NCBI GenBank assembly: GCA_002633005.1 | Contig: NMRA01000113.1 | Coordinates: 402,441-466,440, forward strand | Direction: 5' to 3' | Length of the DNA: 64,000 nt | Origin: Phoronis australis | Lineage: Eukaryota; Animalia; Phoronida | In this document: positions 51,301 through 63,300 of the stretch, piece after piece | How the letters are laid out: each line of letters starts with the position of its first letter | How positions within the stretch are numbered: the first letter of the stretch is position 1 | The notes under the pieces: model-generated | Database searches by the model: none | Seen by the model: only the letters and a program-made list of their open reading frames with translations | What the model was told of the DNA's origin: nothing | Position numbers and translations under genes: made by a program

Positions 51301-54300
51301 TACGGTTAAGTGATACCATATTACTCACAAGTGATACCATATTACTCACAAGTGATACCATATTACTCACAAGACAGGGCATGTAGCCAAATATATAGAC
51401 ATGTAACATATAACATGCCAAATTTTGTTTGATATAAGTGACTGTTCAGGTTGAAATCTCAAGAACACTGTTATTGTTTTCTAAACTATCATTTCCTTGG
51501 CCTTTTATGCAACTTTGTTTTTAAATAACAAAATTCTCACTTTTTAAAGCCCTCTTGCAAAAGTGGGTCATTTGAAAAATTCCTAGCTGCCCTTTGGAGA
51601 ACAGTGGACAAAGACTATTATCTGAAAGTTTCATTTGAATCTGAATGGCCATTTCTAAGATGTGATGTTCTGAAGTTAACCAAATTTCTTACATAACTTT
51701 AACAACTAATCCAGTCCATGCATAAAATCCTTTGCATGCCTCTGCTTACTTTAAACAATTAATTGAAACAATACACATCATAAAAACTCACACTTTCTTT
51801 GTAACTGTAGGATCAGTGACACAAGAGACAACCAGAAAGGCAGCTCCAGGGAAGTGAATATCAGTTGACACCTTGGACTCGTTGACAGGAAGTTCTTCAA
51901 CTGGAAACATCTCTGGTGATGTCTGAAACATTTGTACAAGAGTGAAGACGTTACTTGGCAAGGTGGCATTGCTAGAGCACAGGCAGACTGATTAGACTAC
52001 ACTTAGCACATATCGTCATAAAACTGGTCTCGCAATATTCCATACTATGATAGGAATCTATTTCCATCACCAACAAGAACACCGAAGCTTCAGAGTTTAA
52101 TGGAGTTGGCCAATGCTGAAACGGCACATGTACACACTGTCTGTGACTTGATACTAACGTGAACATCAAAGCCATCAGTGACTCAGGAAAATGTTCCATA
52201 GTTTATTGGGGTTGGCCCACCCTAAGGTAGCAACTGTGACTTGAGTGAGTAGCGGAAACGGAATTGTATCAAAGTAAACAGAATGAGACCAATTTTATGA
52301 GAGCGAAAGGCTAATTTGATTTTCTTTTTTTAACCAGCCAAGCAAAGTGGAATCCAGCTTTCATGTATAAGTTGTTAATGAACAACAAAAACCATTTGTT
52401 AGATAACTTGATCTTATACCATTTCTGCTGAAGTATTTTAATAGCTAAGGAGAGGGTTTAAATTTCAAAAATCAAGTTGCAAGAAAATAACTGAACACAA
52501 GCCATTACATAACGTAACTAACCTGGAGACAAGAGCACAGCAAGGTTGTGAGTTCGATGATCAAGTCTTCTCCCTGGTTGACAGCTCGTGCTATGGCAAC
52601 TGCTAGTTCACGCTTCAAGTAGTCTGGGTTTGGATAGAAAGCATCTGACAGTGAGCAAGAGTTGACATTCAGACATAGTCGTGGCGACTGTGCGGTTGCC
52701 AGGGACGACGTGACAACATTGCCCTGAATTTGTGGTGGTGAAATGAGTTGATTGGAGAGCACCTGTAGGTTCTCTAGGTCCAGCTCTTGCAGCACTGCAG
52801 CGCAGGCGGCCATGCCTGAACTGAGATTGGTGGAGCATGTAGCTATCTCCATGGCAGGAGAGTTGCACTGTTTGATGAGTTCCAGTAAAGCAGAGCGACA
52901 GTACATCCTGGCAAGAACAGCCTCACATCGCAGCAACTCTCTATAAGAACACAACACTAACTTGAAATGCAACTTCCTACACAGAGGATGGAAATCTGAT
53001 CATTTCACACACAATGTATCACTGGCTGAAATCTCTAAGCAGAGCACAACACTGGTTCAGTGCAACTCCCTACACAGAGTTCATACTGATTGAAATGGAA
53101 GTCAACACAGGTTGGAAAACTGACTCAAATACAGTTCTCTACACAAAGCACTCAAATGCACTAAAAAGGCCAAAACAAAAACAGCATTTCATGGTAAATA
53201 TATCACCAGGCAACTGAACCAACAGGAGTTGACATTCAACACAGTGAAAAAATCATTACACTGAAGCGCTGTCAATAAGCCAGGTCCTTGAACTTGTATT
53301 TCTATGAACTGAACATGTCAACCAGTCTGTCTACCTTAACTTACTTGTGAATCTGTATGTTAGAAGTATCAATAGCTTGCATGCCACTAATTGCAGTTTT
53401 CCTGTAAGCACGTGGAGGTCTCTCCAAGGATGCCAGTGGGTACCAGTACCTCACTAGAACGCCCTCACTGCGTAAGTACGTTTCCACTTGGACTAGCTCA
53501 TTTAACTGTAAAGAAACGAACAAGAATGCCGAGTCAATATCTTGACAATCTTAATGTATGACAAAATATTTCTTACTTGACAGTTTCAGTAAGAAGCCAA
53601 TGCTAACTGCCATGCAATAAGCCAGAGTTATCTAATGTGCGTTTACATACAAATTTATAGGGAATACGCAAAGATGCTCGCGTGCCTCATTTACTGTGTT
53701 GCACGGGGATGATGTAAAAGAACAATTAAAACTAGAAAGATTATTGTCACGGCATGACGATGACGGAAGGCGTATTACTGGAATTATTATGGGAAGTTAC
53801 TGACAGCAACCCGTTTACCAATATGAAAAGGAATTCTTTAAAATTGTAGGAGAAATTACACATTAATTTTTTGATGACCTTTCCACTAATTGACTTCTTC
53901 CGGTGCATTATGAGCCCCGATGAGAGAGTAATTGTTAACTCGATTAAAAGTGTGGTTAATGCTAATAATCACAGATGTTTTACTTTAAGCACTTCAGAAT
54001 ACAAGATGAATGAAGTGGTCAAACTTTCAGAAGAAAAGTGCACCTAATGACCCCATGGGTGCACCAAATGACCTGAAAATTTAGACCTCATTCTCAATCG
54101 CACTTAGTAAACAGATATGTAATTCTGAAGTCTATAGCTCAAAATTTTAGTTTGCACTCAATGACCTTTAACCTATTTTTTCTGATTGGTTAAGCCTATT
54201 GCAAAGTAAAGTAGGGTATTCAATTGGCATGTTGACTTACACCAGTGTGCTGAAATTGAAAAGAATTCCTTGAAAAACGTAAGACATATAACATTTTGAA

Positions 54301-57300
54301 CGTTACATGACCTTTGCACTAATTGACCTTATCCGGTGCATTTTAAGCATCTTTAGGAGAATTATTGCAAAGCCCATGGAAAATGTGTTTAACGCTGAGA
54401 ATCACAGTTGTCTAACGGTTGACACATCAGAATACTTGCTGATTGAAAAGGTCAAATTTTCAGAAGAAAAATGCACCTAATGACCCCATGTTTGCACTAA
54501 ATGACCTGAAACTTTGGATTCCGATTTGATTTACCTGTGGCAATCAGAGCTGTCAATTTGAAGTGTCTAGCTCAAAATTTTAGTTTGCACCTAATGACCT
54601 TTGACCTATTTCACCTGATTGGATGACCCGATTACTTAGAAAAGTAATTTTTTAAATTGTCATGTTGACTTATACCTGTGCACCGAATTTGAAAAAGATA
54701 GCTTTAAAACTGAAGGAGGAGTAGCATTTTGAAAATTATATGATCTTTGCACCAAACGACCTCTTCCGGTGCAATATGGAATATGATTATATAACCAATC
54801 AAAATTTATATACTGCCAACAGTCATATGCTGAATTTAAAGACCGTACCTGCACCCAATTTGGAGTTATTAAGCCTCAAAGTTGGTCGGAAGAAGAATAA
54901 GAATAAGAATAAGAAGAATAAGAATAAAATTGAAGAAAACCCAGGAACAACAGTACTCTGCGCTTACACGCGCAGAGTAATTCAATAATTTCATTTCTGC
55001 TTTGTTGACTTTTTAGGGTTTAATTGCTTAATATATGTTCTCGGCCATTATTTTCCTTATCTGGACCCCTCGTGAGATTTTGAAGGATAACAAAATAAAG
55101 ACACTGGAAATAAATGTGTGTCCAAATACGCTATAATTATTACAAACACTAATTTACACTAACTGACTTTGTTAAGACACATGGAGCACAAAATCAGATC
55201 AAGCCAAAATTGGAAATTTAGAACTAAAGTTAGTGATGACGAATCAGGGTGTTGAAGCAATCAACAATCTCCATTACATGTAATTAGGAAAGCTAACTTG
55301 CAACATTAAAGAACCACAACAAAGGTTTCCACTCAAAACAACAACCAAAGTAATGGTTTTCAACGATAGAAAACAGTAACACGCATCGTACATTTTTATT
55401 TCTGTCACAATGCAATAACAAATACTGTATTTTTAGTCTGGGTAAGCACTTAAGATTTCCAAATCTTTCTGGCCTTGTACACCAGGTAATATACGAGTGT
55501 ATGATTTTGTCCTAGATCACAACTGACTTACGGTGTCAACATCTAATACTGTTCCATTCTGTCCAAATGTCTTCAGCATACCACGCACAGCAAACCTGGG
55601 TAGCACTGTGGCGGCGCCAGCGCTTGGGTAATTCCGTATGACCACTGTGGTACCTCGACGCACACGCTCTATGGTGAACTTTGCCAGCTCCTCACGGATA
55701 TCCTCAATGGTGGGAAGGTGAAGGTCACGAGGCATTCCACCATTTTCTTCATACAGAAACTCTACAGTTTGTCGGGCAATATCGGTCATTCCTAAAAATG
55801 GAATTACTTTTTGAAATTCCAGGTGGTCCGATCACAAAAGAAGCTGGAAAATTAGGAAAGTTTGATTGGAAAAGTAAAAAACAAGTCTTAACGCAACACA
55901 GGTCATTGTCACTCTGTGCATTGCATACAGCGCAGATGCTAGAGGTGATCATTATTTTAAACATTCCTACTCAGCTAGTTAAGTTAGTAATAGCCTCTAG
56001 GGGGTGTAAAGTAGAAATGCTCCTCTCAATAGGAACCCACAGACTGGTGCCAAACTTTTTGTCATACTTCGTCAGCTTCATAGGAATACATCTGTCCAAT
56101 ATCACATTCCTGCCAGTGGTTTAGGAAATATAAGCAGCAGGACGCCAGTTGCCCAGACAGAGATGACGACAATATGCACCCACTAGGTGGCCCAAAATAT
56201 GTCAAATCCATTCAAAAACGAGAGGGTATTTCTGTCTCCTTCATAGCAACATGTTTCTTAAACATCATGAAAATTTGTCGAGGAACTCTGAAGATACAAG
56301 GCAAACACAGGAAGCTGCCACTAGGTGGCACATGGGTAGCTAAATCCGTCCAAAAATTTGAACATTCAATCCCATCCAACGGAGGAACATTTCTGCAAAA
56401 TTTCATGAACATCCATCTTGGAGTTTTGTAGATATAGCACAACATTGGACAGAAGGACGGACAGGAATGATAGCATAATTCACTCTCATAAGCATGTGGG
56501 TGCATAATGAGGAAGATTTGTGGAGAAAAAACGAGAAAAAGTTTTTTCCTAAAAATAGTAAGAATTTAAAGGTAAACACTAGGAAAGAAGCAAAAATATA
56601 CGGACAAGATTAAAAGCTGGAATGCTTTAAAGCTTTAGGCATTGTATAACTCACTTCTATACAATTATTAAGTATGTATAAAAAATGCCACGTCTTGACT
56701 GAACTTGGTAGAACTTGTCTAATGTAGCTAAACACCAATTAAGAACTAAAATCAGCAGTTGGCAGGCATTCCACAAAAGCTCACCCAATTGTAACGCTCC
56801 TTTAATTTGCTCTAAGCCATCTTTGCGTTCAGCTTCATTCCTGAACCTGCGGCGAATGGTGGGGAACACTTTCTGTTCCCATGCCTTGATGAGCAGTGCA
56901 TGATGGTCCTCTGTGAGATCATCCTCCTCCGTGACCTCACAGTCAGACTCAGTCTCCTGCAGTCCCTGTCCACCCACACAGTCAGCACCACTGTGTACAA
57001 AGCCAGCATAGCTAGACAGACGTTTGAACCGGAGCGATGTCTCACTGCTGTACTCTGTGAGAGAACGGTGAATAAAAAAATGACTCTTCACTGCTACTCT
57101 GCACAAATTTGCCCTTTACTTAGGCATCTCACTCAATTGCAGCCTTATTTAGACATGACCTGACAGAGTTTGGGAAGCGATACAAAAGGCTTTTTTGAAA
57201 TATTTGCAGAATGTGTTTAACATTCCACTTCCATAGTGAATACTTTAAAAATTTTATCCATTAACTTCTCGATAACGACACAGGATTGGGTAAACCTCTT

Positions 57301-60300
57301 CAAGATGGTGGAAATGCATAATTTTGTTTTACTAAATTTCTGAACAAAATAAATATTGAAAAAAATGTGACTGTAGTGAATAACCATTATCAAATAAAAC
57401 TTCTAGCACTTAAACAAAATAATGTAACCAATATTTGGCAAATTGTTATTTAAATTATTTTTGAGCAAAATTGAATAGAGGTTACCATTAAACTTTGAAA
57501 CAGCACCTCAATGTGATAGAGATGGCAATGTGTGCTCTCCTGCATACAACAGTCGCAGAACACTCATACAACAGTCGCAGAATATCAATACAACATTCAT
57601 ACAACCTTCATGCACTTGCTGCCAGTTTGTCATCTTTTATAAAACATTTCTGAATCATATTGTTTCCTCGTTTATTATGAACATCGTAAAACATGAAGCA
57701 CTGGGCACAAATATCAACCCACCTTTTGAGCTTTTTGGTGGCACTGCTATTCTGCAGGCAATTCCATGTGTCATATCTAAATGATCAGAGCTACTGACAC
57801 CTGGTGAGATAGATCGGGACTCCGCGTCACTGTCAGGCGTAGTGTTATGAAATGGAAGGACGGCGAACAATTCTCGGGTTTCACGAGCCAGGTCTGCTCT
57901 AGCCACCTCATAGTGATTCTGACCTTTAGCATACATGAATGGGCGCTGGCCAAAGTTGGTCTTGATCCTGGTGTTCTGATGAAGAAATTACAGGAGCAAA
58001 ATGTAAGACCGTGACTTTTTAATTTTCAGAAGCAACTGTCAGAGAGGTATTGAACTAACTGTACTTGGGGGTAACAATTTACAGCTTTTCTACATAAACA
58101 TAAATTGAAAACAGGTGAAAAAACAATGGAATCAAGTAAGGCGGTAAAGCTATGACTGATTAATGAGAGCTTGGTCAATATTCAGTCCAAATCAACCAGC
58201 AACAAGTCATCTAAATGAAGACGAAATGAACTCACTTTCTTCTGAATGTGGACAACAGGCCACATGGCACCAGAGACATCATCGATGCTGGCCATGATAC
58301 GCCGACCATTATAGGTAAAGTACACGTGTCCCTTAGCTGGCTGACTGGCCATCATACGTGGTTCACTCGACCTCTCCCAGCCACAGCCGGCCACATCCCC
58401 AATAGCCAAGGTGACATCTAGCCGAGCACTTCTCCACTGGAGGAGGCTAGTGCCATTGTAGTGCACAGCACGTCCATTACTAATGAGGAAGAGAGAGGAA
58501 ATACAGGGCACTACAGAGTATGCTGTGGCAGTAGCATGGAACTACCCACAGGAGGCAGCATTGTCAACAATGTTCACTTCACCTCAGAAATTAAAATGCC
58601 ATGTAATCTATTGGCTAAATGCCCTAGACAGATCAAGTGGACACTTTGCCTTACTTGAGGCATCTATTTTTTAACTTACTTCACATTAAATTTTACTGTT
58701 CACTAAACATTCATCCTCTTAAACAAAATGCCAGACGACAGAATATAGTCAAAACAAGCCAATGCATGAATTGGCAATCAAATTGACGATTCTCCAACAC
58801 AACCAACATGGAATAGATACGTAAGTCACTTACTTATGGAAAAGGCATGTTCCCACAGGGTTGGTCCAGGCTCCCTCCTTCCTCTCAGCGTTGGGTGCAA
58901 AGCCAAAAGAGATGATTGGACTACTATCTTCATGCGAATCACCAAATGAACAGATCTCAATCTCGTAGTAAAACGATGCAGCCTAAAGAAAAAACAGAAA
59001 AGACCAACTGTACAGTATCAGGGAATGATCAAAATAATAACTTATTTTAAGAACACTTGACAACATAGCACTAATGAACTGATTTCAGCTAACCAAAATA
59101 GTATACCCTAAATATTCAAGTATAACATTGTACTGATCTGGCTTATTACGTAATATAGTAAGTACCTGCTCTGGTATGGCCTGTGAGGCGTAGATGAACG
59201 TCCCTCTGGGGTAACCAAAGCCTGCTCCAGGATCGCCCAGGAAAGTAATACTGCTGAGCCCCTGAGAGAACAGACATGCCCTGACTGGCGGGAAGGAACG
59301 GCTTGGGAACCAGGTGATCTCCTTGTTCTGAAAATGGGCCATAACAAAGGATACAACTGCCTTAGTAATAACTCATAACAAGAAATCTATAAATGATATC
59401 ATTCTTCATGTCAAGTTAAGCACATACAGCAAAAGCCGAAACAAAAATTAACCAAACAATAACACAAAAGAATGCACGCTCCATGAAAAGTGAAGAATTT
59501 AATTGAAGACTACAACTGATTTCATATTTCTTCACGTGTAGTGAGCCTTGTTAAGCAATAGACAATTTACACACAGGTGAAGTTGCTCAGGGTCAACCTT
59601 TTTTGAACTCTTCAATATACAACACACTTACATTTCTGGGTATCACTCTACTAGGAGGCGCCGGTGGTTTGGCACAGTCCCTGTACAGCACCCTCAATCT
59701 GTCACACTGAGACTCAACTACTTGTTGTCGGTCACCTAGGAAATGTGCAGGCAAATTTATCGTTTTGAAACCACATTTACTTTGAATGGCCCAGTGGCCT
59801 AGGAAAGCAAAATGGAAGAAAATGCAGTTTTAATTTGCAATAAATAATTTAATTCGGCTACAGCCAAAGTTACAACATTTAAGAAACTAAAACCCATGTA
59901 CGAGACATTACCTGGGTTTATATCCTTGGCCAGTGACTTCAGAACCTGTATTGATTCTCCTGAATGCTGGATGAAGGCTTGAGCAAATGAGATGTCTTTC
60001 ATATGAGATGCCAACACCATACAAGCCCTACAGGTGACACAGAGGGGATAACAGGGAAGAAGATAAAACATCACAGTGAAAACAAGGAATTTGGGGTTCA
60101 ATCATATTGTGGGCACATAAAAAGGGAGGGTACTCCTGAAAAAATGATTCAAATCCCCTAGAGGCCAGTGCCCTGACAAGCAAATAACAATGCTACATCA
60201 ATTCTTTTGTAACAGAATAAATGGCATTCCATTTCAAAGTGCTGTCACAATCCATGTTATACTTTTCTCTACGTGTTCTCTGGTGGACAATGTTTGGACA

Positions 60301-63300
60301 CACCTGACCATGTTTAAGAGCATCGTCCCTTAATGAAATTTACAAATTAATGTAATGTATCTATAGCGCACACAATGTACAATTATCAAAACAACATGTT
60401 TCCACAAGTCCAAAATTAATATTTCTACTTTTAACAATTTCTGGATCAGATGTTAACAAATTTTGATTTAAGCAAATCTAAGTTGAGACTATTTTCTTAA
60501 TTTTAAGGGTTCATTTGATTTCCCAGCTACAGAAAAACTGACAATACATGTAGAACTGTTAGACGAGATAACGATTTATACTTAACTACAAGTTTTATTG
60601 GCACGAATTTCTTAATGTCATGACACTAAAACCAAGTATTTTAAGGCTTTAAAGTGGAACTTACACGCTTATTCTTTATCTCTGTGATTGCTTGGCTAAA
60701 TTGATTAGAAACCCAATATAAGGTGATGATGTGAAAATTAAAGGTTGAAAAGTGATAAATGTTTTTGAAAACAAGTTTTGTAGTGAAAATGATATGTCGC
60801 AAATCACCGAACTGTGTCCATTAAGTATATTGACCTGGTGCTGGGGAATATCACTGCATGATGCGGGCAAAGCATAACGTTACAAAGACCGGCTTGTTGC
60901 ACCTCCTCTGCTGCAAGACAAGACATCCTATCTGTAAACAGTAACACAGCCTGTTGGCTAATGTAGATCAGATTTTAGACACAAGGATTAAAAAGCATTG
61001 ACTGAATAGGTACCTTGTGCGAAGTTCAGCAAGCACGCGGCATGCCTGACTGAATACACCGTTACCATCCTGTGCAGTAGTTAAAGGTTGGGTCAGTGGT
61101 GAGATGCTTCCTGATGTGGGCAACAATAGCGAATGAAGAGACTTGACAATATCATCAGTCATTGATAGACAGTCCAAGGGGAGGGGCTACAAGTAAAAAA
61201 TGATCAATGTAAGATTATAGGGAGTAAACCAGCTGATGCAATATACGTCCTAAGATTTACAAATCAAAATTTGACACGAGCCTCACAAAGGAGACACGAC
61301 TGTAAAATTTGTTGGGTTTAAAATAGGGATGATTGGTAAACACAAGCTCTCATTGATTTTACAGTTTAAAGTTAAACCATCACATGAACTTTTCCATCTC
61401 ACGTTTATGTCTAGCACAAATAAACATACAACAAAAATCAGAAACTCTTATTTTCTCATTTACAAGAAACTGACTCCACTGCTGGCATATCCAATGTCAT
61501 AGGGCAATGTGCTTATTTGTCTAAACATGGTAACAGAAAAAACAGGCAATTTAAGGAGTTACAATGAAAGTAATTCCTGTTTAACTCACTTCACTCTGTA
61601 ACGTGTTGAGTCGTCGCATGGGCACCTGAACCACACTGCTGTATCTCATCTCATTCTCATCTGCAGGCTCCAGTTGCAAGGTGGCGACACCTGTCTGCTC
61701 AGACACATTGATCACTAGTCCTTTAGTGTTGTGCAGACCATCATCTGACACCTATTGGTAGATCATGAAACAATCATAAAATAATGTAAACTGGTTTATC
61801 AGGGCCCTAGGTCTACTCCTTTTAAATTATTTTTTTGCATTTAACTATGATTCTACTTTTGAGTGACCTCAAAATAAGAGTCTATTATTCTATGCTCGAG
61901 TACATAATGGCTTACGTGGATTACTATCTAATCCTAGTTTGCACTTGATGACCACAGCATTAAAGCTAAAATTTTGTGTTTGAACTTCCAAGTTTTTACT
62001 TAAAATCTCGAGTTTTTACTTGAGTTTGAAGTGTGAACTTGAACTAGGAAGTCACATGCGTAAACCATAATGTACTCAAGCAGAGACTAATGGACACAAA
62101 ACTAGATGGGAAAATGTCTAAAATAATTTTGATTTCGGTTTTGAGTATCAAATCAGACCCTGGTTAAAGGACTAAGCATGGCATCTAAATGTCATAGACA
62201 AGTAATGTTCCAAAAGTTAGAGAGTTAAGTAGAGCTACAGCCTGTGATAAAGGTACATGTCATTTTTACTTCAGAAAAGATTACAGGTTGCTGCCAGATG
62301 TTATATTTGAGATAGCACTGTACAAGCAGAATTACAAAAGAAAACTATCAGAAAAGTATTCAAGAGTGATAGCATTTAAGACAACTAACAGTACTTACTT
62401 CTACAGTACATCCAGGTTTGACCGACTCTCTAAAGCCACCCAAAGCACACAAGGTGGCGTTGATCTGCTTTGTGATAGTCAACACATGATCCATGTTAGT
62501 TTCCTCTGATGGCAGACTGTCAATGAGGTCACCAAGGTCAGGCAGGCTGGACAAGATAGAGGACAACACCTGCAGCAAGGATGGTCAGATGAATAATACA
62601 TAGACTGGGAAAGGAATGTCATATTTATCAAACACGATTTCTGGTAATTTGAAATTTTCAGTAGTCAAACATAATAATGAAAATGGCCCCTAAAAGGCAT
62701 AAAATACATCTAATGCGTCCGAAAATAGAAAAGTGTTATCGTCATGGAAATTTTTTAGGAACTTTGAAGATTGACAATAAACATAAAAAAACTAAAACTG
62801 CCAATAAAGGGCACAGTATTCATCTGATTCACCTGAAAGTCGTCATTTCTTGTCAGACTTATAGAAAATCACTAGCCAAATTTCACAAAGTTACTGCAAG
62901 GGGTTGTGGAAGTGCAAAAACGCAAATTGCCACTAGGGGGCACAGCAGTTGCTGGAATCATCCGAAAGTTGTTGTCATCCATTGTAACATTCATACAAAA
63001 ACACCTACCAAATTTCACAAAGATCATTCAAGGGGTTAAGGAGATATAACTTCAGAAGCAAAAAAACATCAGCTGTAGTCTTCTCGACAAGAACATATCT
63101 TCAAATTTTTATTGTATTCCTTAGAGTACTTTGGCGGATAGAGAGGCGTATGCCAAAAAAAACGGACATGAAAACAAAAAAATGGCCATTAGAAGGCACA
63201 AAATACATCAAATCTGTTTGAAAATGGAAAGGCAGTGTCACTTTGTAAATAGAAACCTAAGTGCCAAATTTCCTGAAAATCCATTATTAAAGAACTTCCA

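Noticed and set aside
51778-51969. Track ORF MPPCQVTSS... as the HECTD4 exon
   Set aside because: It is the wrong frame; the exon is 51922-51792 (TSPEMFPVEELPVNESKVSTDIHFPGAAF).
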